Below are positions 16,197 to 25,614 of a DNA stretch of 64,000 nt, piece by piece. The stretch spans positions 1,040,406 to 1,104,405 of the forward strand of contig CBDDDJ010000005.1 of the NCBI GenBank assembly GCA_965226475.1, read 5' to 3'. The DNA is from Alphaproteobacteria bacterium. Its GTDB lineage: Bacteria > Pseudomonadota > Alphaproteobacteria > GCA-2731375. Positions within the stretch are counted from its first letter, which is position 1, and the number at the start of each line of letters is the position of its first letter. The translations under genes and the position numbers were made by a program. Under the pieces are notes generated by a model. The model saw only the letters and a program-made list of their open reading frames with translations, did not search any database and was not told the origin of the DNA.

Positions 16197-17009
16197 TCAG
16201 GCCGCCTCGGCACGACGGGTCAGGAAGTCATATAGGGTCTCGGCGCAGGCCTTGCCATGGGAACACGCCAGGCCATGGCGGGCGTGGGGGAAAATCCGCA
16301 GTTCGGCGCCGGGTACCAGGGAATGCAGTTCGGCGGCGATCGGCGGGGCGACGAAGGGGCTGCCGTCGGGGGCCAGCAGGAGCACGGGAAGCGCGATCTC
16401 GCCCAGGCGCGGCGAAAGGTCGGCGGCGACCAGCATCTCGGCGATCCCCAGCACCGCGCGGGCATCGCCCGCGTCCTGCTCGGCCTTGAACCAGGCGAGC
16501 ACGTCATCGGGAACCCGGCCGTCGTGGAAGCGGAGCCGCATCATCTCCGCCGACCAATCGGAGACGTCGCGGCCAGGGATCCGGTCCCACCATTCGGCCA
16601 CCCGCTGGATCGCGCTGCCCCGGTGGGCGCAGGAGATGCCGGTGACGCTGAGGAGCCGCCCGGGCGCCTCGACGGCGGTGGTGAGGGCCACCGTGCCGCC
16701 GGCCGATTCGCCGACGAGATGGAAGCGTTCGAGCCCGGCCGCGTCGGCCACCGCCAGCAGGTCCGCCATCATCCCGTCCAAGGTCCAGCGATAATCCGGC
16801 CCCGGCGCGGGCGAGCGGCCGAAGCCCGGCAGGTCGTAGGTCACCAGGCGGTAACGGCCGGCCAGGACGGGTAGCCAGTCGCTCCAGATCCCGCCGGTGG
16901 TGCCGACGCCATGGTGGAAGACGATCGTCGCCGGTGCCGGCCGCCAGGGCGGCGTCAGATCGTGGACATCGTAATGAATCTCGCCACTAGACCCCGCTAC
17001 AGTCGCCAT
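16197..17009 (-). CDS. Alpha/beta hydrolase (3-oxoadipate enol-lactonase-like)
   Basis: The start is placed at M57 of the track ORF (MATVAGSSGEIHYDV...). Supporting segments are IVFHHGVGTT, the nucleophile elbow GESAGG and the C-terminal HARHG. Confidence 0.85.
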   Translation of the reverse strand: MATVAGSSGEIHYDVHDLTPPWRPAPATIVFHHGVGTTGGIWSDWLPVLAGRYRLVTYDLPGFGRSPAPGPDYRWTLDGMMADLLAVADAAGLERFHLVGESAGGTVALTTAVEAPGRLLSVTGISCAHRGSAIQRVAEWWDRIPGRDVSDWSAEMMRLRFHDGRVPDDVLAWFKAEQDAGDARAVLGIAEMLVAADLSPRLGEIALPVLLLAPDGSPFVAPPIAAELHSLVPGAELRIFPHARHGLACSHGKACAETLYDFLTRRAEAA

Positions 17010-17094
17010 GTCGTCCCTCTCCAAACTCCGTTCCACCGGCAGTATAGGCGAATTCCGCTGCGCCACCGCCGCCGCTCGGGTATCTTGCCGGGCC

Positions 17095-18090
17095 ATGAGC
17101 GCGGCCGACGATCCCCCCACCGACCTGGCCGACCGGCTGACCGCCGGCGACCGCCGGGCGCTGGCGCGGGCGATCACGCTGGCCGAATCGACCCGGGCCG
17201 ATCACCGCGAAGAGACGGAGGCCCTGCTGGCCCGGGTGATCGGGCGGACCGGCGGCGCGCTGCGCCTCGGCATCTCCGGCGCGCCGGGCGTCGGCAAGTC
17301 GACCTTCATCGAAACGTACGGCCGCCACCTGACGGGCCGGGGACACAAGGTCGCCGTATTGGCGATCGACCCGAGTTCGGCTCGCACCGGGGGCTCGATC
17401 CTGGGCGACAAAACCCGGATGCCGGCATTGAGCCGGGATTCCAACGCCTTCATCCGGCCGACCCCCGCCGCCGGAAGCCCGGGCGGCGTCGCCCGGCGGA
17501 CCCGCGAGGCGATGCTGCTGGCGGAGGCGGCGGGCTTCGATCGGGTGCTGGTGGAGACCGTCGGCGTCGGCCAGTCCGAGTTCGCCGTGGACGAAATGGT
17601 CGACTGCTTCCTGCTGCTGGTCTCGCCCGGCGGCGGGGACGAATTGCAGGGCATCAAGCGCGGCGTCATGGAGCTGGCCGACATCGTCGTCGTCACCAAG
17701 GCCGACGGCGCGCTCGAGGGCGCGGCGCGTCATGCCGTCGCCGACTACCGGGCCGCCCTCGGCCTGCAACGGGCCAAGCATCCCGCCTGGGCGCCCGAGA
17801 CCCTGATGATCTCGGCGCTTCGGGGGCGCGGCATCGACGCCGTGGCCGACACGGTCGAACGCCACCGCGACCGGCTGGCGGAGTCCGGCGCGCTGGCCGC
17901 GCGGCGCGCCGAGCAGGCTCGTTTCTGGCTCTGGCGCGAAGTCGAGGCCGAGCTGCTCGAGCGGCTGACGGATACCAGCGCCATCGACGGCGAGCGGCAA
18001 CGCGTCGAGGCCGAGGTCGCCGTCGGCCGCTTGGCGCCGACCGTCGGCGCTCGTGAACTGGTTCGCGCCTTCCTCAGAAAGGAACGCTGA
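17095..18090 (+). CDS. meaB: Methylmalonyl-CoA-mutase-associated GTPase MeaB/ArgK family
   Basis: The start is placed at M30 of the track ORF. Supporting segments are the P-loop GAPGVGKST, VETVGVGQSE and VVVTKADG. No mutase gene is present in the window. Confidence 0.85.
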   Translation: MSAADDPPTDLADRLTAGDRRALARAITLAESTRADHREETEALLARVIGRTGGALRLGISGAPGVGKSTFIETYGRHLTGRGHKVAVLAIDPSSARTGGSILGDKTRMPALSRDSNAFIRPTPAAGSPGGVARRTREAMLLAEAAGFDRVLVETVGVGQSEFAVDEMVDCFLLLVSPGGGDELQGIKRGVMELADIVVVTKADGALEGAARHAVADYRAALGLQRAKHPAWAPETLMISALRGRGIDAVADTVERHRDRLAESGALAARRAEQARFWLWREVEAELLERLTDTSAIDGERQRVEAEVAVGRLAPTVGARELVRAFLRKER

Positions 18091-19179
18091 AGGAAATTGT
18101 GATCGCGCCGTAGCGGTGCGAGGGGCCGCCTTCGAACTGCGGCGATTGATAGATGTGGGCGAAGCTCAGGCGGAGCCATTTCCAGGTCAGCGCCGCGCCG
18201 AAGCGGGCCTCGGCGACGAAGGGATGTTTGTGCAGCGAATGGCCGCCGCCGAAGCTGTTGCCATCGAGGAAAATATCGCGGAACACGACCCGGCCCTCGG
18301 CATCGGCGAAGAGATACCAGCCGATGCCGTCGCCGAGGCTGAAAAAATTGCGGCCCGGCATGTTGGCGCCGATCCGCGGCGGGCCGAAATCCTGGGCAAG
18401 ATTGCGGCCGACCCGGAAACTGACGCCGCCGGTGAGCTGCGTCGCGATGTTGCCGATGGCGCCGCCCATGCGCGGCATGGTGTCGGCCTCCAGGCCGGGG
18501 AAGGGCAAGTCCATGAAGCTGAACCGCCAGAGCCGCTGATAGGCGAGGTTGATCCCCGGCTCGTTGCCGAGCTGGTGGCGCCAGCCGTTGGTCTCCGGAT
18601 CGCCGATCAGAGTGTGCCAGTCGTTTTGTACCCGCTCCCCCTGGGCCAGCGGGCCGACGACGCCGAGGTCGAGGCTCAGACTCTCCATCACGTCGCCATT
18701 CCCGCCCAGGCGGCTGCCATCGTTGCCGTCCTCTGGCCCGTCGTAGCCGACGAGCGAGAGGCCGAGATACAGCCAGCCGGCATAGGGCCGATCGTTAGTG
18801 ACCCGGAAAGGCGTGAACACGTTGCCGGGCGTGTAGATGGCGTGGCCGAGGCCGAGGCCCCAGCGCAGGTGATCCTTGTCGAGGATCGGCAGCTTCTCCG
18901 CCACCCAGCGGGCGGGGTGCGTTCCCTTCTCGAGATCGTTCGCCTCGGGCACCAGGCGCGACAGGTAGGTCGTCTGCAGCCCGTTCGAATAGTCGCCGTC
19001 GGTGCCGGTATAAACGTCGTTATCGTTCATGAAGGTGAGGACCGCCGGTCCTCGCCGGCGACGAGGCCGGGCAGCCCCATCAGCCAGACGGCGAGGATGG
19101 CCCCGCAACCAATCTGGGCGCGCCAAAATGCCGACACGCGAAAACTCCGTAACTCACGTCTCCGCCGCCACATGAGCAT
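18074..19179 (-). pseudogene. Lipid A deacylase LpxR-family (DUF2219) outer-membrane protein with its signal peptide in a different frame
   Basis: The mature part reads AVLTFMNDNDVYTGTDGDYSNGLQTTY...ITISFSVPF (track ORF 18074-19126). A plausible signal peptide MLMWRRRRELRSFRVSAFWRAQIGCGAILAVWLMGLPGLVAG lies in track ORF 19027-19260. The two frames overlap at 19027-19060. Confidence 0.6.
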
Positions 19180-19210
19180 GATTTGTGGGGTGGCGCAAAA
19201 GCCCGCGCGG

Positions 19211-20428
19211 TCAGCCGATGACGCCGCCCTCGCGAAGTGACTCGATTGCGTCCGCGCCATACCCCAGCTCCGCCAGCACTTCCGCGCCGTGCTGGCCGAT
19301 GTCGGGCGCGGGGCCGGCGGGCACTTTTGCCTCCTCGTTGAGCGTGATGGGGCTGGAGATCAACCACTCCGCCTTCGAATTCGGATCGGCCAGCGGCACC
19401 AATGCACCCGAATCGCGAGCTTGGAGATTATCCACCACCTCGGCCGTCTTGGCGACGACGCCGTGGGGAATGCGTTTCTCGCGCAACCTCGGGAACAGTG
19501 TCGCGCTGTCCATGCCGGCGCAGATCTCGTCCATCAGAACCCTGAGTTCCGCGCCATTGCGGTAGCGGTCCTCGCGGGTGGCGTAGCGGGGGTCGTGCTC
19601 GAGTTCCGGCCGCTCGATCGCCTCGCAGAAGTTGGACCAGAGATGGGCCTGTCCCGGCATCGCCAGGATGAACCAGCGCCCGTCCCGGCAGCGATAGTGG
19701 TTGGCGAGCGCGTTCTCCGTGGCGTCGCGCGGCGGCCGGTGCTTGACCTCGCAGCCGACCAGCGCCGCCTGGGCGAAGATGGCGTTGGACCAGAGCCCGT
19801 TCTGCAGCAGGGAGGTGGCGACATGGCCACCCTTGCCGGTCCGCTCGCGGCGATAGAGCGCGGTCATGATCGCGCCGAAGAGCGCCGTCGCCGTCGGATG
19901 ATCGCCCATGCCGGGGATCGAGCGGGTGGGCGTGGTCTCCTCGGTGTCGCGGACCATGTCCATCATGCCGGTGCGTGCCCACCAGGCCGTGGAATCGAAG
20001 CCCGGCCGGTCGGCCTCCGCCCCCTTTTCGCCGTAAGCGGTGAGCGAGGCGTAGATCAACCGCTCGTTCAAGGGCGCCAGGTCCTCGTGCCGGATGCCCA
20101 GGCGCTCGCGCACCGGAAAGGGGAAGTTGGTGCCGAAGACGTCCGTCTTGGCGATCAAGCGGTGCAGGATCTCCTGCCCCCCGGCGCTCGCCAAATCGAG
20201 CGCGAGCGAGCGCTTGTTCCGCGAGGCGACGATCCAGGCGTAGTTGTCCTCGCCCTTCGGAAGGCCCGGCAAGTCGACCAGACCGCGATAGGGATCGCCC
20301 GAAAGCGCCTCGATCTTGATCACCTCGGCGCCGAAATCGGACATGACCGTCGCCGCCGCCGGGCCGGCGATCCAGGTCGCGACATCCAGCACCCGGATGC
20401 CGTCGAGGACGCGGGCGTCTTCGCTCAT
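19211..20428 (-). CDS. Family III CoA-transferase (CaiB/BaiF)
   Basis: The start is placed at ATG 20428 (MSEDARVLDGIRVLDVATWIAGPAAATVMSDFGAEVIKIE). At 405 aa the length is family-typical. Confidence 0.9.
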   Translation of the reverse strand: MSEDARVLDGIRVLDVATWIAGPAAATVMSDFGAEVIKIEALSGDPYRGLVDLPGLPKGEDNYAWIVASRNKRSLALDLASAGGQEILHRLIAKTDVFGTNFPFPVRERLGIRHEDLAPLNERLIYASLTAYGEKGAEADRPGFDSTAWWARTGMMDMVRDTEETTPTRSIPGMGDHPTATALFGAIMTALYRRERTGKGGHVATSLLQNGLWSNAIFAQAALVGCEVKHRPPRDATENALANHYRCRDGRWFILAMPGQAHLWSNFCEAIERPELEHDPRYATREDRYRNGAELRVLMDEICAGMDSATLFPRLREKRIPHGVVAKTAEVVDNLQARDSGALVPLADPNSKAEWLISSPITLNEEAKVPAGPAPDIGQHGAEVLAELGYGADAIESLREGGVIG

Positions 20429-20645
20429 GACGACCCCGCGCGGTGGCATTGGCGTCGATCGAGCATCGGGTCGGCCATGGCGCGGCGCTTCTCCAGGTTG
20501 CCAATACCGTATCGACGCGGCGAGCGCTCGACGGATTGCGGGATACTGGCACGAACCGGAGGGGCCGAGCCAGAGCGGGTAGGACGCCTCTCGCCCGCGG
20601 GTGGGGTTAGTATCGGGCCTCGGCCGGCGGGAGCGAAAGCGGGAC

Positions 20646-21170
20646 ATGAGATCGATCGAGCGCATGGTGGCCTTCGTCGGCATCGCCGCCGCGGTGATCC
20701 TGCTGCCGCTGTTGATCGGCGTTCGCGGCTACGAAATCGTCATGCGCAAGCTGTTCAATGCCCCCTCAGCCTTCCTGCAGGCGATCGAGTGGGAGGCCTT
20801 CACCTTCCTGGTGCTGCTCTCTCTCGGCCATGCCTACCTGCGCGACGCCCACGTCCGCGTCGATATTCTGCGCGACCGCCTGCGGCCCGCTACCAAGGCG
20901 GTGATCGAGCTCGTTGGCTACGTCGTCTTCATCCTGCCCTTCGCGCTGATCGTCATCGTCGCCGGCACCGAGTACGCGGCCGACGCCTACCGGGACGGCG
21001 AGCGTTCGGCGCTCGCCTACGGGCGGCCCTGGCGCTGGCTGATCAAGGGCGCGCTCGCCTTCGGCGTCGGCCTCTTTCTGCTCGCGGCGACGTCGGCGGC
21101 GATCCGCAACCTCCGGTTTTTGTTTCGCGGCACCGGCGGGCCGGCGCCCGACGGCGGTTCCGGGAAATAG
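20646..21170 (+). CDS. dctQ: TRAP transporter small permease (DctQ family)
   Basis: The start is placed at ATG 20646. The protein has four hydrophobic segments and the segment GHAYLRDAHVRVDIL. It lies immediately upstream of dctM. Confidence 0.8.
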   Translation: MRSIERMVAFVGIAAAVILLPLLIGVRGYEIVMRKLFNAPSAFLQAIEWEAFTFLVLLSLGHAYLRDAHVRVDILRDRLRPATKAVIELVGYVVFILPFALIVIVAGTEYAADAYRDGERSALAYGRPWRWLIKGALAFGVGLFLLAATSAAIRNLRFLFRGTGGPAPDGGSGK

Positions 21171-21179
21171 CGCGCGGCC

Positions 21180-22541
21180 ATGGTCGAGATATTGCCCGTG
21201 GCGATGCTGGCGGCGCTCGCCGTGTTGCTCTTCTCCGGCCTGCCGGTGGCGGTGCTGCTGGCCGGGCTCGGTATCGCCTTTTCGCTGATCGGCATCGCGC
21301 TCGGCGAGATGCCGGTGATCGCGCTGTTCAACGTGCCGCTCCGTATTTACGGCACGATCAGCCACAGCCTGATCTATCCAGCGGTGGTGATGCTGCTGTT
21401 CATGGGCGTGGCATTGGAGAAGAGCGGCATCGCCCGCGACCTGCTGCTGTGCCTCCGCCTGCTGCTGCGCCGGGTGCCGGCCGGGCTCGCCGTGGCGGTG
21501 ACGTTGCTGGGCCTGGTATTGGCGCCGGCGGCGGGACTGGTCGGCGCCTCGGTGGTGACGCTCGCGCTGATCGCGTTGCCGACCATGCTGGCCGAGGGCT
21601 ACCGGCCGAGCCTCGCGGCCGGCTCCGTCGCGGCGGCCGGTACTCTGGGAATCATCCTGCCGCCGGCGGTGATGCTGTTCTTCCTGGCTGGCCAGTTCGG
21701 CGTCTCGATCGGTCACATCTTCATGGCGACGTTGCTGCCGGGCGCCGTGCTGGTCGGCCTCTATCTGACCTACTACCTGACGGCCGGCCTGCTGGACCCA
21801 CCCGACCACGGGGTCGAACAGGATGCGTTGCCCCGGAGCACGGGCCAGTGGCTGGCTTTCCTCACCCGCGGACTGGTACTGCCGGCCGGGCTGGTCGCCC
21901 TGGTGTTGGGCAGCATCATTTTCGGCTGGGCGACGCCGCCGCAAGCCGGCGCGGTGGGGGCGGCGGGCGGCCTGTTGTTGATGGTGGTGAACCGCCGCTT
22001 TTCCTGGCGGCTCTTCCGCGAAGTGGCGGAAACCACGCTCTCGATGGTGGCGATGGTCTTCTTCATCATCATGGCGGCCGTGGTCTTCTCCTACCCCTTC
22101 CGCTACTTCGGCGGCGACGCCGTGATCGGCGAGGCGCTCGCCGACCTCGACATCGGCGCCTGGGGCACGCTGGTGCTGATCCTCGGAATCATTTTCGTCC
22201 TCGGCTTCTTCATCGACTGGATCGAGATCACGGTGATCACCCTGCCGCTTGTCGTGCCGGTCCTCGACGGGCTCGACTTCTCGGTCCACGTCGGCGAGGG
22301 CAAGGTGGCCATGCTCTGGATGGCGACACTTGTCGCGCTGACGCTGCAGACCTCCTTCCTGACGCCACCCTTCGGCTTCGCGCTGTTTTTCCTCAAGGGT
22401 GCCGCGCCGCCGGGGGTGACGCTCGCCGACATCTACCGGGGGATCGTGCCGATCGTACTGGCGCAGCTCGTTGGCATCGCCCTGCTGGCGCTCCTGCCGG
22501 CCTTGGCGACCTGGCTGCCGGGCCGCGTCTTCGAATTCTGA
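21180..22541 (+). CDS. dctM: TRAP transporter large permease (DctM family)
   Basis: This is a 453-aa polytopic ORF with DctM-typical length and hydrophobicity. Confidence 0.9.
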   Translation: MVEILPVAMLAALAVLLFSGLPVAVLLAGLGIAFSLIGIALGEMPVIALFNVPLRIYGTISHSLIYPAVVMLLFMGVALEKSGIARDLLLCLRLLLRRVPAGLAVAVTLLGLVLAPAAGLVGASVVTLALIALPTMLAEGYRPSLAAGSVAAAGTLGIILPPAVMLFFLAGQFGVSIGHIFMATLLPGAVLVGLYLTYYLTAGLLDPPDHGVEQDALPRSTGQWLAFLTRGLVLPAGLVALVLGSIIFGWATPPQAGAVGAAGGLLLMVVNRRFSWRLFREVAETTLSMVAMVFFIIMAAVVFSYPFRYFGGDAVIGEALADLDIGAWGTLVLILGIIFVLGFFIDWIEITVITLPLVVPVLDGLDFSVHVGEGKVAMLWMATLVALTLQTSFLTPPFGFALFFLKGAAPPGVTLADIYRGIVPIVLAQLVGIALLALLPALATWLPGRVFEF

Positions 22542-22618
22542 AGGCATGGCGTCCCCGCCGGGCATTCGCCATGATGAGCCGGCGGCGGCGACCCGGTAAA
22601 TACAGGAGAGCAAACGCG

Positions 22619-23740
22619 ATGACGATCGAGTTGGGGATGTTCATGATGCCGGTGCACCCCCCGGGGCGCGACCTGGGCAAGGTGTTGGAGGAGGACCGCC
22701 AGGCGGTGATCCTGGCCGACCGGCTGGGCTTCTCCGAGGCCTGGTGCGGCGAGCATTTCACCTCGACCGCCGAGCCGATCTCCTCGCCCCTGATGTTCTT
22801 CGCCAGCCTCGCCCACGCGACCAGGCAAATCAAATTCGCGACCGGCGTCCTCAACCTGCCGCAGATGCACCCGGCCGTGGTGGCGGCGCAGGTGGCGATG
22901 CTCGACCATCTCTCGGGCGGGCGCTACCTGATGGGGATCGGGCCCGGCGGCTTGGGCAGCGATTTCGAGCTGATGGGCCTGCACGACCGCGAGGTCCGCG
23001 ATGAAATGATGCGGGAGTCGATCGACACCATATGCGAAATCTGGCGCCAGGACGCGCCCTACGACATCGCGGGCAAATACTGGCCGATCACAATCGAGGA
23101 TTTCGTCTTCGACGGTCTCGGTATCGGCCAGATGCTGAAGCCCAAACAACGGCCGCACCCGCCGATTCTCCTCTCCGTCGTGACGCCCAATTCCGCCAGC
23201 GCGCGGCTGGCCGGGACCCGCGGCTGGTGGCCGGTCTCGGCCAACTTCGTGCAGCCGCGCTATATCGCCAGTCACTGGGACGCCTATGCCGCTGGCGTCG
23301 CCGAGGCGGGCGGCGTCGCGGATCGGTCCGTCTGGCGTATCGCCCGCTCGATCCTGGTGACGGAGAGCGACGGCGAGGCCGACGATTATCTGGCCGACCC
23401 GGACACCGCGCCGCACTTCTACTTCGGCTATTTCCGCGCCCTCTACACCCGGCGCGGCGTGCTGCGCTTCCTCAAGCCCGACGAGGCGATGAGCGACGAA
23501 GCGGCGACGGTCGAGACGATTGCCCGCTCGATGATCACCTGGGGCTCGCCCGACACGGTCTTGGAAAAGCTGGTGGCGATGCACGAGGACCTGGGCGATT
23601 TCGGCACCCTGCTCATGGTCGGGCACGACTGGGACCGGCCGGCGCTCTGGCGAGGTTCCATGCGGCGGCTGGCCGAGGAGGTGATGCCGCGCTTCAACCA
23701 GCACGTCGCGGCCAAGGGTGGACGCCGGGCGGCGGAATAG
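22619..23740 (+). CDS. LLM-class flavin-dependent oxidoreductase (luciferase-like monooxygenase)
   Basis: It starts at ATG 22619 and encodes 373 aa. Supporting segments are MTIELGMFMMPVHPPGRDLGKVLEEDRQAVILADRLGFSEAWCGEHF and GRYLMGIGPG. It forms the last part of the artefactual 1483-aa track ORF. Confidence 0.85.
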   Translation: MTIELGMFMMPVHPPGRDLGKVLEEDRQAVILADRLGFSEAWCGEHFTSTAEPISSPLMFFASLAHATRQIKFATGVLNLPQMHPAVVAAQVAMLDHLSGGRYLMGIGPGGLGSDFELMGLHDREVRDEMMRESIDTICEIWRQDAPYDIAGKYWPITIEDFVFDGLGIGQMLKPKQRPHPPILLSVVTPNSASARLAGTRGWWPVSANFVQPRYIASHWDAYAAGVAEAGGVADRSVWRIARSILVTESDGEADDYLADPDTAPHFYFGYFRALYTRRGVLRFLKPDEAMSDEAATVETIARSMITWGSPDTVLEKLVAMHEDLGDFGTLLMVGHDWDRPALWRGSMRRLAEEVMPRFNQHVAAKGGRRAAE

Positions 23741-23744
23741 CGCC

Positions 23745-24472
23745 ATGACCGGGGCGGGCGTCGAGACGCTGGTCGATACGGCCCGCTATCCGCTCGACCG
23801 GCCCGACGATCCAAATTGGGTGGATCTGCTGGCGCGGGGGCGCGCCGAGCTGGCGGCGGCCGGCAGCTTCAACCTCGACGGCTTCCTCCACGAAGAGGCG
23901 ATTTCCCGGGCCGTGGCCGAGATCGAGGCGGGCCTGGCCCGATGCGCCCACCATCACCTGGCGGAGCACAACATCTATTTCTCCGACGAGGAGAACGGCG
24001 GGGCGGCGACGGCGAAGACGCTCCGCTCCTCCAACTGGACGCTCGCGGGCGATCAGCTGCGCGGTGGCGTGCTGGACCGGGTCTATCGATGGCCGGGCCT
24101 TCCGACGTTCCTCGCCGCGCTCTTTGACCAGCCGGCGCTCTATCCCATGGCCGACCCGCTGGCCTGCCTCAACGCCATGAGCTACGGCCCCGGCGACGGC
24201 CTCGGCTGGCACTTTGACCGGGCCGAGTTCACCGTGACCCTGTTGCTGCGCGCCGCTGGCGCCGGCGGTCTGTTCGAATACCGCCGCAATCTCCGCGCCG
24301 CCGACGATGCCAACCGCAAAGGCGTCGCCCGGTTTCTCCGGGGCGAGGACCCCGACGTCGCCGCCATCGCGCTGGCGCCCGGGACCCTCAACATCTTCGC
24401 CGGCTACCGCTCGGCCCACCAAGTGACGCCGGTCGCCCAGGGGCCATCGCGCCTGATCTCGGTATTAAGTTT
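23745..24472 (+). pseudogene. 2OG-Fe(II) oxygenase-like gene, 5' part (interrupted by IS1595 copy 2)
   Basis: The HxD-type segment is GLGWHFDRAEFTVTLLL. The frame leaves the gene at ...GPSRLISVLS and enters the IS. Confidence 0.75.
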
Positions 24473-25497
24473 GGCTCAATTCGTGAAATGTATGCGTCAC
24501 CTTGTTACGGCGGCGGCGAGGCAGGCTCGGTCATTGGCGCCGGGGGCGAGGCCGACGAGGTGGAACCAGCTCAGGTAGTTGTCCAGATAGCGGGTGGCGC
24601 TGCCGCGGCGGGGACGCAGCAAGTCCTTCAACCGGCTGTGGCGGCTGTTCACCGTCTGCACATGCAGATCGCCCCGAACCCGTTCCCCCATCGAGCGGTT
24701 GAGTGCTTCGTGGCTCACCCCGAGCGCGGCGGCGCAAGGTGGATAGCTCGCGCCACCGTCGGAGACCAGCAGGGCGTCCTTCGCGACCACCGGGTCGAGA
24801 GCAGCCGTGAGCGCCGCCGCGTCGACCCTGGGCAGCACCGCGCTCACCGTCGTCCCGCTCCGGTCCGCCGCCATGAGAACCGGCACCTGCTCGCGCGAGA
24901 GGCCGCGCTTCTTCGCCTTGCCGCCCCGCCGCCGTGCCTTGCGTCCCAGCCCGCGCGCGCCCTTCCGGCTCTCCAGGACGTAGGTCTCGTCCGCTTCCAC
25001 GATCCCCTTGAGCACCTCCGAATCGCTCCGCGCCGCCGCCAGAAACCGGTGACGCCAGCGGAACGCCGTGCTCACCGCCACGTCGCAGCGCGCCGCCGAG
25101 GCCTTCACCGTCTCCCCCTCCGCCAGCGACGCCCCGAACGACAGCCAGCGTTCCTTGTGGTGCAGGCCCGACAGCGGCGTACCGGTCAGCGCGTTGAAGG
25201 TCCTGCCGCAGCCCTTGCACTGGTAGCGCCGCAGACCCCGCGCCATACCGCGCGAAACCGCCCCTTCGCTCGCGCAGTGCGGACAGCGCCGGGCCTCGTC
25301 CACACCAAGCTCGATCGCGGCCTTCGATGCCTCGCCTTCGCTCCGGCCCGACAGCACCGCGAGCGCCTCGTGCCGCTGCACGCGCGTCAGCCCGCGCGCC
25401 GCCGAAAGCCACACCTGGAAACCCTTGCCGTCCATGACCCAACCTCCTGACATTCCGAGCATTCTATCATAAATGCATACGTTTCACGAATTGAGCC
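24473..25497 (-). mobile_element. IS1595-family element, copy 2 (intact, 1025 bp)
   Basis: The terminal inverted repeats are GGCTCAATTCGTGAAA. A perfect 8-bp target duplication TTAAGTTT flanks it (24465-24472 and 25498-25505). Confidence 0.9.
24497..25462 (-). CDS. IS1595-family transposase (N-terminal zinc ribbon plus ISXO2-like DDE domain)
   Basis: This is a 321-aa ORF. Supporting segments are CPHCASEGAVSRGMARGLRRYQCKGCGRTFNALTGT, VEADETYV and LVSDGGASY. Confidence 0.9.
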   Translation of the reverse strand: MLGMSGGWVMDGKGFQVWLSAARGLTRVQRHEALAVLSGRSEGEASKAAIELGVDEARRCPHCASEGAVSRGMARGLRRYQCKGCGRTFNALTGTPLSGLHHKERWLSFGASLAEGETVKASAARCDVAVSTAFRWRHRFLAAARSDSEVLKGIVEADETYVLESRKGARGLGRKARRRGGKAKKRGLSREQVPVLMAADRSGTTVSAVLPRVDAAALTAALDPVVAKDALLVSDGGASYPPCAAALGVSHEALNRSMGERVRGDLHVQTVNSRHSRLKDLLRPRRGSATRYLDNYLSWFHLVGLAPGANDRACLAAAVTR

Positions 25498-25505
25498 TTA
25501 AGTTT

Positions 25506-25614
25506 CATGGAACGCGACGACGTCGTTTTCACCGCCGCCGACCGCCGCCGCTTCTACGGCAGGAGCGCGCCGGATCAGTCCTCGCGCGCCGGTCTCGGTT
25601 CGCCGAAGAGGTAG
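25506..25614 (+). pseudogene. 2OG-Fe(II) oxygenase-like gene, 3' part
   Basis: Removing the IS plus one TTAAGTTT copy joins ...RLISVLS to FMERDDVVFTAADRRRFYGRSAPDQ... in frame. Arithmetic: 728 + 109 nt = 279 codons, with a stop at 25612-25614. Confidence 0.6.

Noticed and set aside
19289-23740. A 1483-aa ORF on the plus strand, plus many other very long ORFs. Examples are 4816-6375, 11901-14117, 20766-22613, 36159-38108, 38390-39694, 39731-41209, 45391-46839, 47668-49419, 225-1958 and 56974-58428.
   Set aside because: Their translations are Arg/Gly/Pro/Ala/His-rich and low in complexity. Each overlaps, on the opposite strand or in another frame, an ORF with clear family motifs. They are typical shadow ORFs of high-G+C DNA. 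Only the last 373 codons of 19289-23740 are real (the LLM oxidoreductase from 22619).
9916-25497. The two inverted IS1595 copies could be the ends of a 15.6-kb composite transposon carrying the catabolic and TRAP genes.
   Set aside because: Each copy has its own perfect 8-bp target duplication (AAACTAAA and TTAAGTTT). Copy 2 sits colinearly inside one gene, and copy 1 is decayed. These are independent simple insertions.
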